Numbered from the stretch's first letter, positions 38,838 to 53,550 are shown. The stretch is 64,000 bases of DNA from Catajapyx aquilonaris (GCA_000934665.2 KZ538368.1:1-64000); one strand, 5' to 3'. The notes: generated from the letters alone by a model not told the origin. Program-made: numbers and translations.

Positions 38838-41800
38838 CTGCAAAGAAATGAGCACATTAAAGAACAAGTCCCGTGGCACCAATCCACTCTAATCTGCTTA
38901 CCCTAAACATAACAAGAAAACCAAATTAGAATCCACTTTTTTGCATCCCCAATTTCAACAGGGTGCCTACTGGACCCACCCAAAAAATAAAAATACATAC
39001 TGTAGAAGGCCAACAGGGCAGTTTTGGCTGACCCCTCTAGTTTTTTGCTTGCCCCCACCCACCACCACCCACTTCCGCTGGGGTCCTAATAAGAGCAAAT
39101 CCCTTGTGGGCCGCTGGGGGCCATTGTATGAACAACTTCTTGAGGCCTCCCAACCGCGGTTATTGACCGCAAGGAAGCTGCGCCGAGAGGAGATGCATGC
39201 ATACCTCATTACCCTTCCTCTTGCGCCTTTACACAGCTCCAATTCATTCATATTCATACCTTTTCTACTAATCCACTGAGAGCTAGGGATAGTAATACCT
39301 TCAAGTTCGGAAACTGCTATGTAAATAGCCGGGATATTTTTCGTCTGCTGCATCCCCTGCAAAATGTAACCAGCAGTTTGCAGATCTATAAACGGAGGCT
39401 TCCTTCGATTGGCCGGTACCTATCAGATCCTATCCCGGACTTCTCAGCCCCAGTCGATGGATGACATGCAAACATAATCAAGGAGGCTAAATATGTCGAG
39501 CACACACGAACGCGACAATCTTCCTGATATTTCCTTATACAACGACACATATGCCTAATAACGGTTATTCGACAATATCGCTGGTTGGCAGGTCACACGT
39601 CCCTTATCAGTTTGGCTGGTGCCACCCTACATAAAAAACACTCACGTTATTCTGCACTACACATAAAAGAACAATAAAAAGCGTGATCAGCAACGGCGTT
39701 CTGATCCGGTTCCCAGTGAGCATAATACTCGGCTATTAATACTATGACCTTTAGGGAAAATAGAACCTGAAGAACCGATTGGATTTCCGCAGCGGTTACC
39801 TCCCAACCCATTTACTGCACTATTCTGCGCGCTATTTTTAAGAAGGGGGCGGATATTACATTAACCATATGCGAAATTAAATCCGCATGTTGATCGAAGC
39901 ACATGCAGGGCGAATCAAACGACCTGGATCACACTCAAGTGTGCGGATACTAACGGTACACAGGATACGCATATCGAATCAACACTAAGTCTGCAAGCAA
40001 TATAAACCAGCCCATCCGTAGAATACTGCCACATTATAACTTGTGGACCACGAAGTCCGTGTTTATTTTGTTGTAGACGATTCCCGCTTTCTCGTAAGCA
40101 TTATACATGCACGTTATTGTGCAGGACTGAAGCACTTGTCACCGTGACCTGTCTCATTTCAAAGTTCTCTGGATTTATTTTTATTTTTTTTAAAAAAAAC
40201 AAAAAACTGCCAGTTGTCATATCAGCAGTACAATAACTTCTGTCTATTTTTTCCCCTAGAATTAATATGCAGCCTGACTACGACAACTGTCATATAAAAT
40301 TAATTTGTGTTCGTTCGAGTCCATTTTCTCATTTGCATTCTAGGTCTAGGCCCAACACATTTCTCAAGTACAGCTTGAGACGCAATATGAGAGCCAGAAT
40401 GACCTCCAATAAGCTCCCAATAATGACTCTGCACGCACGAATGATTTCCTAGCTTGAGGCATATTGCTTACATGGCAATATAGCGTGCTGTGTCACCTGT
40501 CCTACTACAGTAAGCGCGCGCAGAATAAAGAAATAACTGGTCCCGCAAGGGATTAACTACTTTCGATCTTAGTCAACGCCGGACCCGAATAATGAAGCAT
40601 AATTAACACGAGTTTAAACCATTTTGAGCCGGATTTAAGGGTCCTTATTCAGAAAAGCGGAATATCAGGGTCTCGCTTTTATTCCTGTGGGAATGGGTGG
40701 GGTAAACTGGACTTAACGTATGCAGGATATAAAAAAATTTCAAGTGCATATCGGAATTAAGTAGCAGTTAACTCCTCATTTTCTCGTGTGCACTTCTTAC
40801 AGTTGTTGTTGCATTCAGCACCATGTAATAGCCGTGTGAGTGCTTCGGTCTGATAAATTCATCATAAAACGCATTTGTCCAGGCCCGGAGGAAGTTTGAG
40901 CTAAATAATACTTCAGGCGATTCTATGCCCAGGCCGGACTTTACTTTTATGGTAGCATACGAACGGCCTATTACACCTCGCCTACGTGTAGTGTCTGCAA
41001 GCCTTACGCAATACCCGACTATAAAGAATCACGACATGGAACGCTACACATAAATAACGAGAAAGGGAGAAAACGAATTAAATTTTCAATGAGTATTGCC
41101 GTTCTCAAGATTCTGCCATCACGAGCCTCTCAATTTCGATGCTTCTACGCAGCAGTCCTGATTTCTCATTAATACGGCAGAATACGAAAGAAACCCCCGT
41201 GTTACGGCATTGACGGTTCGTTGCAACGTGACCTTCATGCACTGCAATCAATGCACTCGATGTAGACAAAGGCACATCCGTAAAAGAAAATATTGTTAGC
41301 TGACGTTCCTGAACTGCATTCAACCGAACCAGCACCTTTTTTCTTATTCTTCACATGCCCAAAAGCTGATTGACGTTGCCGCTCACTCGCATCGATAAGT
41401 GCTACATATAGGCTATGAATTTAACATGTAACAACAGGCTCATTGTTTCGGTGCAATCATACCCTAGCAATGAATGCATAACCTTTTAATCGCAACGTGT
41501 TCACACATTGGACTTGGCGTGAGACTTATTATCTACACCTGAGATATCTTTCTGATCAATGCAGTTAAAGATCTGCATTAATTCCCATTACATGACTCTT
41601 AAGATGAATAATACATGGTGATACGAACCGACCTATACATTAAGCAATGCACAGACGATTCTTATCGACTCGAGTGCGCTATACGAGCATTATCTTGTAC
41701 TAACACAGCACTTACATACAAAGAAAGTTATCGCATGACTGACAAGTTCCTAGAAACACTGTGTCTCTGTCTCGGGTTTTACAGACGTGCCCTATACTTG

Positions 41801-42534
41801 CCTTCCATATAAAGAAGCGATCGTTTCGTCCTCAGGACTCTCCGCAGTGGCAGCAGCCTCTCATAAAATCTGAACCCCTATATATAGGATGACATAAAAT
41901 CGACCTCTGGATTCCTCCTGGATGACAAATACGCCTCCATTCCTCACACGAACGTCGCCAAATTGCTAAACACTACCAGTTGTCTTGTAGTCATCGATCT
42001 GAGACAGTGTCAACTCAGATCGATGCTCAACTTGTCGACAAGAGACGACAGCTAGCAATCTCGAGGTCGCCCACGAGCAGCTTCTGGGCTAATGCATAAC
42101 TAAGGCAGCAGCATCTGGGGCCGCATCCACCACCACCACCATCAAATGCCCATTATACCGGCCAATTACTGCCCGCCCTCAACCCCTCTCCTTACAATCT
42201 TCCCATTACCATGCTGTAATATTCCGATACCCTCCTCCACTCTCAGAATGAAGGCTCAAAATGTACTTGAGGTACTCTAACTACACAGCTAGGATGGACA
42301 ACCTTTGACCTTTAGAAGTATTATACAGACTATATTCAAATGGCAGCAGCCATTCTACTGATATCTTGGTGTAGCCACAAAAAGACTGCCTCCAGGCTCA
42401 AGTCCTTCTCCAGTCCAATAAAAATGAAAGCAATTTCCTCCGATACTTCCAAAGACCTGCACTGTAGAGTACAATACGTAAATGGGTATAGCTTGTTGAC
42501 CTGCCATGAAGATGACTGCACCAAGAATACAGGG

Positions 42535-42700
42535 AGGCACTGTACCTCGGAGGTCCGGAGTTCGATCCCAGCAGGATCGGAGAATGGACACTTTCTCATG
42601 TGGAAATAGTTTCTGTGGGTTCTCTCCGTGTTAGTGTGAGTTTTCTAGGAGTAGGCTACTCTCATTTCCTACCACTATCAAAATCCATCGCAAGAGCAGT
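42535..42700 (+). mobile_element. Partial SINE, family A
   Basis: B box AGTTCGATCCC and CATTTCCTACCACTATCAAAATCCAT matching the 60893 copy. Confidence 0.7.
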
Positions 42701-42830
42701 TTTAGTCTCAATAGTAGCTGTTTCCCAACAAGGACAATCCTTTGGTGGTGCCTTCTGACATTCCTAAACAAATCCCAGGTAAATATTTTACTTAGCATGA
42801 CACATCCCGCCATAAAGAATGATGCCCTAC

Positions 42831-43074
42831 AAGTGTGGTTCCCAACCTGGGGGTCACGAAGCCATTTCTGNGGGTGCGCGTGGCCGCGGTAATTTCTATA
42901 AATTAAAAAAATCACTAAAATGAAAAATAAAAATCAACAAATTTTACATGAAATTTCATCACGCAGGTTTTTTTCAACACCTACTAACACCGGGAGGGAG
43001 GGGGGGCGGGGTGTCACAGGTTACTTGACTATCATAAAAGGAGATCGCGATCCGAAAATAGTTGGGAACCACTG
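42831..43074. mobile_element. hAT (Charlie-like) MITE
   Basis: GTGGTTCCCAAC ... GTTGGGAACCACTG with CCCTA(C/T)AA flanks. Confidence 0.7.
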
Positions 43075-46000
43075 CCCTATAATAATCAGGCCAACAAAAA
43101 CAGACACACACCTTGAACCATTACGCCACTCCTCCATATCAATCCCACAGAAATTCAAATTCTTCATCTGAGAACCCTGCCTATAAACGTTTCCCAACTA
43201 GCATGAAACGTCGAAGACACGCCGTACTACTAGAGAACCCGGTTCCCCATAAAGATAAGAGCTCCGGAGGTCATGCACGGCCGTGCATGCGGTTATTTAC
43301 GTCTTCCCTGCAATATTAATACTAGCCCACACAATGTTGCAGCCGTGAAGTGGCGTCACGGTCTGAAAACGACATAAAAAGAGACTCCCGACGATCAAAC
43401 CTGATAGGCAGAGGAAAATACCCACGTAACCTATAAACTCCGCCAAGAATAAGAGGGACCCCGCATGTTTCTAATAAGTGAAAGAGCCCGAGGGTTGTTC
43501 CTGTCTCAAAGGCGTCCTAATGAAGCGGGTGTTAAGGTGAGAGACAGGTGCGGTGCAATCAAGTACGCCAAACAGACCAGTAGAGGTCTGAAGTCTCCAC
43601 CTGTTCCCACACACCCATCACTTCTGCAAACATCTCCTTGGCCGAGGTCCCAATCGAAAAATAGGCTTCTGGCCAGGTGACAGGCCACTTTGATGCTGTA
43701 ATCCATGGCTTCCGGGAACATGTCGTCACGCCTGCTGCTCGACTCAAGTGCAAGTCACACATTTTTACGGGGCATGTCAAATGCTGATTCTTAAAATTAG
43801 GATGTTTCTGGGGTGTTGTTCCCAGCACGTGGCGTTACGCAATACCAATGCGGTGCGGGTGGAGAGGTTTCTTCCCCTGCGGTCTATGGTTTGCCTAATC
43901 CCTGACCGCTCTACCGCCTTCGAGGCCAAGCTGGCTGTATCGAATATTGTTATGTGGACCATTAATCGACCCGATTGGTGCAATAGCCCAGCAATAATCC
44001 TATAGTAACCGTCCTAGACAAGTGGAATTTTTTTGCTTAACAAATGACAACAGAAGCAGTCATATATTTAAAAGTGGCGGAGCAAGCAAGTAAAATATCG
44101 CCTCAAATTGGCCCAAAAGAATTATTACAAGCTGAACCAGTCATGGCCGGTTGTAGTACAGTATAAACTCAAATTACTGAGAGAACCTCTGTGCATTAAA
44201 AATGTGATGCACAATTATTGGAGAATCTATATATTATTAATACCCTACTGTGATGGCGATTCCTCCCGCTGTGTATACGGCCTACAGCATTGGAAGTGAC
44301 GTCAAAATTTATAGCCCGCGTGTTCTATATTTGCAATAAACTTTTGTGTTTTTTTGGAAATAGTGTCCAGGGAATTTATAAAACGCAAAAAAAAAAAAAA
44401 AAAATCCGACCGCCTTTAAAAAACCAACCACCACGGAGTTCCCATAAACGCCGTTCCAGCCGCGGGCGCTACCTCTGCACCGTCTTACTTCGGTACTTCG
44501 TCGTCGGATGTCGTTGCCTGGTCCGCATCTCTCTCTCTCCCTCCATCTCCCTCTCCACTTTCGCAATTTTGCCTAATTTTTTTGTCAAATTTTGGCAAGT
44601 TGGTGCCTAGTTTTCTCTTAATTTGTGATGTTGTGACAAGGCCTTAATTCCTCAGCAAATGTGCAAATCGCACATGTACTCATTGCATCCCATTTGAAAT
44701 AGTAACTGCTCTTCATATTGTTTTGAGTGGGTTTTCACTCATGCTCCTCTTGATATATCCCAATGCTTTGGGATAAATGAATCTGCCCAACGATCGACGG
44801 ATTCCGCCTCTAATTTTAATTTTAATGGCAATGGTAAATGATGTCTTATTTTTCCCCCCTCATAAAATCGGACCATGTATCATTGCCATTTCCATTAAAA
44901 TTCTGGAAGGTTACTATCGCCGTTTGTGGCCATTTGAAAACCCACAAAAATCGGAAAATCGAGACTTTCAAACCAGATTTTCAAACCTCAAGGAACAGGT
45001 GGGAAAAACTTGAGTTTCACTTTTTAGTCTAATATTATTAGGAACAACTTCCACTCGAAGTTATAACGTAATGCAGAAAAGTCGATCCTTGCACATATTC
45101 TTTCTTTTCCAGTTGATTATATTCTTATGATAAATTTTTCAGCTGACATGTATGAAAATATTCAAATTGACGGAAGTTACCTTAAGAATTGAGTCAACTG
45201 AGAATTTTCCCTCGAAAAGCATGGGTGCCATTTCAAGTGTAGAAAGTGTGAAACCCAGCAGAAAACCATTCGATATCATCTAGAGAAGACATCTCATATG
45301 TCTTATTAGTAATATCAATTACCGTTTCTTGACATTTCAAGTTTCTGACCAGTTTCTTTACCCTGTACACATAGGTTGTACAGTACCCAATTTGGATGCC
45401 AATTATTCTGCCCGTTAAAATATTCACTGATTTCTAAAGTTTTTTAATATAGCTAATATGGGAGTTTTACAAAATGGAAAAATTAGTAAGATTAATCCGA
45501 TTCTAAGCCTGCTTTAAGGTACAACATTAAAATAGTCATACACAACCACCACTGCACTGAACAAATAAAGAAATGAACTAATAAAGACACACGGTAATAT
45601 ACTCGACGAGAAAAATAATAATCCGCATCTTCTCACGCCTGCTACGTGCAGTATTCCCACTGCAAACATGGTTTCTCACAAAAGCCCGTTCGTGCATTAC
45701 ATGCTCATAAAAAGGCTGTATGAAAGTATCCGGGAGTCATAACATTCCTGCACTTGACTCATAACTTTCTGTGCTCGCCGACACTGTGCCCCCTTTCTAA
45801 TTTACCCCCAAAGCAACAACGCACATTAAAACAGCTCTAGGTCCCAAGGTCCTGTACAATAAACGCCAGTATCGCACAACCATCATTTCCCCTCCCGCCA
45901 GGCATTACCCCCCTCTAAAAAAATGTGTCAACATAGATGTGCCTGCCGAGATAATGCACCCTGCGACTTGTTATAATCAGGATTTACGATCAAAAAATCC

Positions 46001-49000
46001 TCACGGATTTTGTTGTAATCGAGGGTTATTGCTCCATCAGTTGTCCACAGATCCCTGTAGGATCATCTCGCTGCTACTGACAATAGGACAGAAATAAAGC
46101 CCGAGGCGTCAATAATATAGTGCCAGCTGATGCCTGAACTCGCATAAATTTGTCTATTTCAACCTCTCAGCATGGCATTTTGTACTCTTCCTTGTCCTGC
46201 AAGCAAAGCTTAACGTTGCCTTGTGTTTATCTGCCAGTTTCACTCCTGCATTATTCAAATCATAAACAAAAGGTATAAGGACTCAACCCCTCACCACTCT
46301 CCACCCTCCCTTCTTTCCCCTAGCTCTCCCCTGAGACAGGATGAATACAATGAGCCAGAATATTTCCCATAACAAGCCATTGTTGGCCTTGTTTACAAGT
46401 TTCAGTTTCACCAAAACGAACAAAAGAAACTCCTATATGTCAAACTGACCAACAGCCTAGCCTGTCGATATATGCCTGTTTGATGACGCATACATGATGA
46501 AATGTCGGGGGAAAAAAACTTCCGGCTCACCTACAGTACACCTTGCAGTCAATGACAAGTACACATTGCAATGAGCAGCAGTATAACAAAAAAAAAACCA
46601 TTGCGGATTCTGCACGCGCTCAAAGAGATCATTTCCCACGATTATCACTTACCACGATTGTCACTTACACGTTGACACCTCAGCCTTTTGCTTGGAAATA
46701 TTCCGTTGCGTACTCTCATAGCAACCCATAGTTTTTCTATTCCACGACAACCACAAAATCCTACACTAAAGGCAATGATAACAAAATTGACCAAAGCCAT
46801 GAACATAACCGTGCTGCGAAGCGCTTTAAAAGCACGCAACTATAGAACCGATCAGGTCGAATGATGGCCCCCTATCAAATTTCACGGCCAAAAAATGGCA
46901 CACTGACATTTGACATTTCTACAAGTGTCGCCATTGATTCCACCCTGCCAAAAACGATCACTCATGTCTGAATAAAACAAACGGCTCGAAAGCGTGCAAA
47001 TGGCCTGAACAGGTCCAAAAAATGGGGATCGAATCCCCCTCACAGACATTCCTAGAAAAAAGGCAGGCACTATGCCACCAACCAATACAGGCCAACCATG
47101 ACAGCATGTCAGCCTACACGCGCCTTTGCTGCAATCCGTCATTGCTCCTTTCCGGATACACCCTCGCACCAATTTGCGCAATATTCTCCAGAAGAAAACC
47201 ATGTTCTCCCCCCATGACGAAATCGGGTGACAGCCACGATGCCAAAATTGGCAAACGAGCACCACGGGGATATTGACTACAGTTTAGCAATAATTAATGC
47301 TATTATCACGATCATCCGGACGCGAAATTAAATCAGCCGCCAGCTTTTAAAAAAAATGCACCTGATAGCTCACGGGAAGGAACTATAGAGATGAGACTCA
47401 ACTGTAATTGCAAGCCTGGCACAAATTCCTCGAAAGCCGCCATCGGAATTCCGACAGTCTTTTTTCGGTGAAGAACCGCCCTCATTGCTTTTTTAATAAA
47501 AAAATTGTACAAATTTAGGCCAGGTATTGTCACGCGCTTACTGTCCACAAACAATAACTCACAAACAATGGTCACGTTTACACCCAGTTAACTCCCGAAT
47601 AAAAAATTGTTAGGGGCGTCATATGCTGATGTATAGATGGCACCCTGCCCTGGCAGGATATTCTTAGGCCTATTAGCCTGCTTCTGACTTACCCCATTGT
47701 TCGTTCCCTGACACATCCTATTTTCCCATAAGTCGACGGAATTGCGTCCCCCTTTTTTCCCCCCCGTCCGATGTCCGCGTTATCACGATAGGAATGCCAG
47801 GATCTGTGGGCGGTTCCCCAAAAAGAAATGAATGGCAGATATTAGGTGACAAAATATACCTCAAGTTCATATCTACTTCCTCATTGCTCCTGGTCTCCTA
47901 ACGGGGGTACCTGTCGTCGCTCCAAATACGACTAGTCAATTTCAACGAGATTCCTCACGTGATTTTAGCACAAAAAGAGTCGCTCCTAAAAACCCAGGTG
48001 AATCGTAATAATAGCCAGGATGTAACGCACGTTATTTATAGTCCTTGACACGTGTCCAAAAATTCCTTGTCAGAAAAAAAAAACAGGCGGCTGATATCCA
48101 TGAGACTTCAAGGATTTTCTTGTGGTAAAAAATGTGACCTTCGCCTTGACTGGTGCCATTACATTCACCTCCACACCCACACTTCGCCTGAAAAAAATGC
48201 AAATGCGCCGTGTTAAAAATACCGCGCTATTTAATGACGCGTCGGAATAGAACCAGATTTGGCGAACAAAAAACAATCGACTCCTAAAAAATCGAAGAAT
48301 ATCCATCCAAGTTTGTCCAGCACTTGCAAACTTCCTATATACTATTTGACTGGTCTGACCTAAGTTTACGGTCGAGTCCGGATGTTTGTGTTTGGGTTGC
48401 GTGTTTGGAGCAGTCCTCAGAAGATTTCCGTCCCATTCTATTTCAAGGATTTCTCCGAAGCTTCGTCATTGAACCGCGTGTTGACTTGCCCGTTTCCCCG
48501 GCAGGAAACCAATTCACTTCAGAACCTGATACGTCTCCGTATAATAACACGCTGCCAGGAATGGCAGGTAGAACAGGTACAAGGGGGGGAAAAAAGGTTG
48601 GTTGGTTGGCATTGGTGTCGAGAGCCACCAGGGTCGAATTTTGCGCGTACCATCACCTTCATCTAACAGTTTCCAATGTTGTAGTGTAACGGGTCAGGAA
48701 GGTCTGACTTGTTACCACGGATGGTCAGGGACACTATACGGGTAATAATCATAGGGGACGTAGGTGGGTTCCAATATTGGACAGGTGTTCGGGCATCTGG
48801 CCACACAGTATTCGATATTCATATTTATAGCAGCAGAATTATAGTCGCTACATCACCAGGTTAGCCAGCAGCATAATTTCGTTAGAATAGGCTCATGAAA
48901 GTGAAGTAAATTGCCCAACTGGACAATGGTTTTTCAGTATCAGAAAATATACATTTTAAATCCTTTTGTTCTTCACCTGCCAGTAATTCCTCGAAGTAAA

Positions 49001-52000
49001 AAACGCACAACATGGAATGACATAATAACCTTGGAAATATTGCGTCAGTTAATATGCATAATTAAATATCAGTAACTGTACACCTTCCGCAGCGGAACTC
49101 AAACAAAGAGTAATGTCATGTTTCTGTTGGCAATTGTAGTACGTGGCAGCACATATTCTGGATAATATTATGTCCTCACTAGTCACCCGCTGAACCATTT
49201 TTACTGCACCAGTTACAGCCGACTTCATTTATACATATTAAGTCATTCAGCGTGCTATTTTGCAAATCCAATTATCTCCACACATGGTACATTGACGCAG
49301 TGAATGAATGGGAAAGCCCCAAAGGATTCGTAAATATGAAATTTAAGCGCACCTCCCGCGCATCATGTCCTAAGCTCTCCCTGGCTGTTGCGCCATAAAT
49401 GGTCAATCAATCCTCTCACACACCACATTTCGTATTAACCTACATTCAACCTAATGCCAGTCAGAATTCTCCACACATACGACACTTTGATCCCAACACA
49501 CTATCTCCGCCACTCTTCCTCTCAACTGTACTGTACATCTGACTGCACCCTGAATTTATGCCACACCACGTTCCCTCAATACTCCAGAGAGTTTTTCCAT
49601 CAGCACATCCATTAGCCAATGTATCAGAAAAAAGGCAATATGTCAAGGCTATTTACGGCATCGTACTTTGATGCCAGAATTAGGATCTAGTACTAAACAA
49701 CTGCAGAAAATGGTAGCTCGGATCATACTGTTTCCCGGAGGTTGAGTCACCTACTTCCTAATGCAAGAATTATGATTCCAAATTTAGTTGAAGTGGGATT
49801 TCCCCTTAAAGCGCGGACTGAAATGAATTTTAAACGCGGCTTCCTACAGGAAAAGGTTTCCAATTATCATACAGATGCCCAATTTACATGCGGAAGCACA
49901 TATGATTCACTTCCTCTTCGGAATTGCGCGCATGTTTGCCATAAATCGTGCCCAAGTGCAACCTAATGCCTTGTGAATCGCTACCTGTAGTAACTGCTCT
50001 TGTGTCGACTTACTGAGTCACAACCAGCTTTCTCCTCCGTTGCAATGCTCATTTTTTTGTGATCAGAGTGATGGGAGGGTGAAGAAGGAGGACACTCAGA
50101 CAAACTCCAACCTCAGGAATTTTTCACCAACTAGTTGCTTGCAAGGAATGTGAAACTAAAATATAGCTTAGGCAATTTTTTTTTGTACACGGGCGAGGTT
50201 CGGGATATAAGAGACAGACGTTCCACCATTACATTTACGCTCTCTTTTTAGGTCAGCAGAGGGGAGAGGATGGAATATTTCCTACTTTAGATTTACAGTT
50301 ATCATCCTCTGCCATGCTATTATGTGGGGCACTCGCCAATTTCGGGTTTCAGGCCGTCACTCGAAATGGTTCATGCTCCATGTTCAGCTTTTTATTTCGT
50401 TATTTTTGGCGCATGAAAAATCTTTGACTTGTCCATGTAAGGATGGTGAGAAGTCATATTCGCTTCGACCTAAATTGGATGTGGCTTCAAGATCGCGGCA
50501 ATGAACTTTGGTATCGGTCATATCTGAATCATAGGACAATGTTCCATGGACAATGTTCTATAGACTGCTGTTCGGCACCTTGCAAGCGTGACATGCATAT
50601 ATGTCACTCCGCATTGTTCATTGCATTAATTTTAAAGTGTAATGGTGTAAACAAACTTGCAATTGAGTATTCATTTCTCATTCAACAACCACAAACATGA
50701 ATAAATTAGCATAAAATAACACTTCTCTGCGAAGAAATCGCTATTGTGCACCAATTGATTTCACAACGAGAAGCTATTTCTTCATAATTTTACATGCAAC
50801 ATATTCATTGTGCAAATGCACTCTGATGGCCAGTTGCTGCTACATTGTGTACTAATATTGCCTAACTAACAGATGCCTCATTTTGGTCAACCTGCATATT
50901 GCACAGTGTGAGTATGTAGACAAAACATGAAGGTAACTGACCTTTTTCTCAATTTGCATTAGTTCAAATTGTTTGTACTCCCAGCAGGGTTTGTGGGTGA
51001 TCCATTCAAACAACAGCTCTTCACAACACCCTACATTTCCATACACTGTACAAGTATCAGGATTTCCGACCAGTAAACACTACTTCACCTCTGCCACTTT
51101 GAATAATGCCTGCCTTCTCTGGATATGTGACCCCGGATCGTATGTTCAATAACCTCATTAGATTGTTACCCATACGAATTCTCTGGTGATTAAAAAAAAG
51201 CAATCCCAAAGGCCAATGATGAGTCTTCACAAATCTCACAAGGTCCCAACACCACAGGAAAAACTCGGCATAACAGGAATCGAGTGTTTATTTATGTTCA
51301 GAAGTGTGTTGGCGTAAGATATGGCTTCCCAATGCTATGAACCATAGCCATGTTATACCATATTATATCTCCACCAATGATGAATAATGATGCCCTTGTT
51401 CTTGTTTTTTGATGTGTCAGGCTTTATGGCATGTAGTGCCCCATTCTGCCAAACAGATGATCATGTAACTCATGCAATACGCACACGTAAGCTAATGCAT
51501 CATGAACTCATACTGCACCATTCGGACCTCAGTAATCTACTGATTCCCCGTAAATTTGTTGATAGTTGATCCGAGATCTAGATAATTTTCTAAATATTCG
51601 CAGCTGAAAACTTACCTATACCACTGGCATCGAGGCAATTAAAAACTCGCATTAACCACATATTTAAGCTGAAAAATACGTGGTAATAAGCTCACCTACA
51701 TGACGATTCACAAGGGCAATGACACACAAAGCCATCTTTCAAGGAATATGCAACATCAATTTCCGGTTTTTTTGTGAGCAGTCCCTACATATTATTTTGC
51801 CAAGTCATTGAAAAACATGCATCATCCCCCAGTCCTTCACTTTGTCACGCCTGTAATACACCTCCAGGTCATCTCCTGGCAGATGTAACTCGAAACTATT
51901 AAGGTAGGCAGACCTCCAAAAGTAAAACGAACCGTCACGGCATATTGGCCGACAACAGCTGCATGCTGGCCATAAACCCCTGCCTCATCCGCGGCCTACA

Positions 52001-52201
52001 CAGCCTTCGACACTTTGTTGTCCTTCAGCACCTAGAGCCCAGAGGAATAAGCCCACGCTTACAGTACATTTCGTGCTTGTACAACAACAACAATAATAGA
52101 ATATCCCCCCTCCCAAAATGCAGTAAGGCACCGACCCGTCCTTCCACCTCCGTAATGGTTCGATATTTCCTGTCATCTGACAGAGTCCGCAATGCATGTA
52201 C

Positions 52202-52317
52202 CTGGGAATACAGTTGGGCGGTGTCCTGTCAACCTCCCAGCTGGAGAAAAGCTTCATGGAAATTGGTTTGGTCCCGCCGAGGATGGGCGGCTTGCTGCTG
52301 CTCCCCTTCTCCGCCAT
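52202..52317 (-). CDS. PACS2: PACS coding exon 1 (MAEKGSSSKPPILGGTKPISMKLFSSWEVDRTPPNCIP-R)
   Basis: ATG at 52317; MKLFxxWEVD..P.C.PR motif; donor AG|gtacat, phase 2. Confidence 0.95.
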
Positions 52318-52740
52318 GTTCGGACTACCAGACGGGCTGGCTGCTAACTTGGATTTGGGAAGGGCTGCTGACCAGCTGGGATGGTCTATCGATGGAAGAA
52401 GGTTGGAAGGAGTGTTTGGGTATCCCGCCGCAGCCTGCCTGGATGCCCCGCGCTTTCAAACACCACTGTCGCTCTGCATGGCACGCTGTCCGCGGCCTGA
52501 CGGCTCGAACGTTCACCGTTGAGTAGTGTGTCTGAGTGTTGGTCCAATGGCGGGTGAAAGAGCAGGTGCACGGTGCTTACCCCACTATGAAGTAGTTTGG
52601 ATGGCGGAAGCAGGATAGGGGGTCCCGCGCGACACACAGTCAGCCCCTCGGCTTGGTGTGCTGACTTGGCCGAGGTTCGTAACCGACTGCTTGACTGCGA
52701 CAACAACCACAGAGTGCGTTGCTAGCGTCGCTCGTCGACT
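52318..52740 (-). other. Putative GC-rich 5' UTR part of the first coding exon
   Basis: GC/CpG-rich sequence upstream of the ATG, bounded by a polypyrimidine tract and AG (ctctttccagttctttcccctccggccgccag|) at 52741-52742. Confidence 0.5.
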
Positions 52741-53550
52741 CTGGCGGCCGGAGGGGAAAGAACTGGAAAGAGTCAACAAAATAGGCCAAGGAACGGACCA
52801 GGGTGCATTCTGATTCCATATCAATGTTCCTCTGTCTGGCCCACGATGCACAGAACCACAACAGAACAATGCAGGGGCCACCAAAGTTGTACGTGCAGTA
52901 CTAATGGCAGGTTGTAAGTGAATGGGGAATCTGTATACTGCAGCAAGGTCAGTGGCACGTCAAAGAAAACATGTTTCGTACTCCACACCAGCATGCATCA
53001 GCACTGCGGATGAGAAGCGAACAAGCGTGCTTTCATACACCTCGGATATGTGGGCACTCCTGGAGATCAGTGTGCTTGGTGCACTGCACATGCTAGCAAA
53101 ATGTACAAAACTGACATTCAGGCAGAGTCGCCAGAATCACTGTAGTTACAAATAAGACATCCAGTTGCAAATTATCATTGCGACCCACGATTTAGGTCGT
53201 GTATCTTACTGCCATTTGTGAATCTAGCCCCAGAGGGGTAGTAACACTAGTGTAGTTGAGAATTCAAAGAAAATGTCAAACATTTCAGCTGCATTATGTT
53301 AACTGTAAGGCTTGGTTGCATTATTGAAGATGCGGTGCTGTGAACTGAGGGATTAGCTGATGTTATCAAATCAATGTTAAGTAAATTGTTGCCAACAGTC
53401 ACAAACATTTGCTAGACCCTTGTTTGGCAATTTATCTGCAGTGGTTCAATTTAGAGTAAATTAATCATAAAATTACACCCTGCAAAAATTTAACTCTTAT
53501 TGAAATCACAGGTTCCGAATATCCACATGAGGGATGCTTTATGATGTGCC

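Larger units (their letters stand above)
4672..52317 (-). other. PACS2: PACS-family gene span (14 coding exons visible, 646 codons; 3' end not in window)
   Basis: Exon lengths 116+88+90+126+163+146+109+171+179+129+209+155+214+43 = 1938 nt, all GT-AG, phases compatible, no internal stop; motifs WEVDRTPPNCIPRLCSLTL, LTFSLQYPHFLK, STPKPSLRPFF, QLPVAEAMVTYKEK match PACS1/PACS2. Confidence 0.96.

Noticed and set aside
44485..44550. Possible alternative first exon (ATG...CCGAA|gtaaga) in intron 1
   Set aside because: The ATG frame ends in phase 1, incompatible with phase-2 exon 2; the compatible frame has no ATG before an upstream stop.
51945..52526. 193-aa plus-strand ORF, the longest in the window
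   Set aside because: Non-ATG start, antisense to PACS exon 1 and its GC-rich UTR, no recognisable domain.
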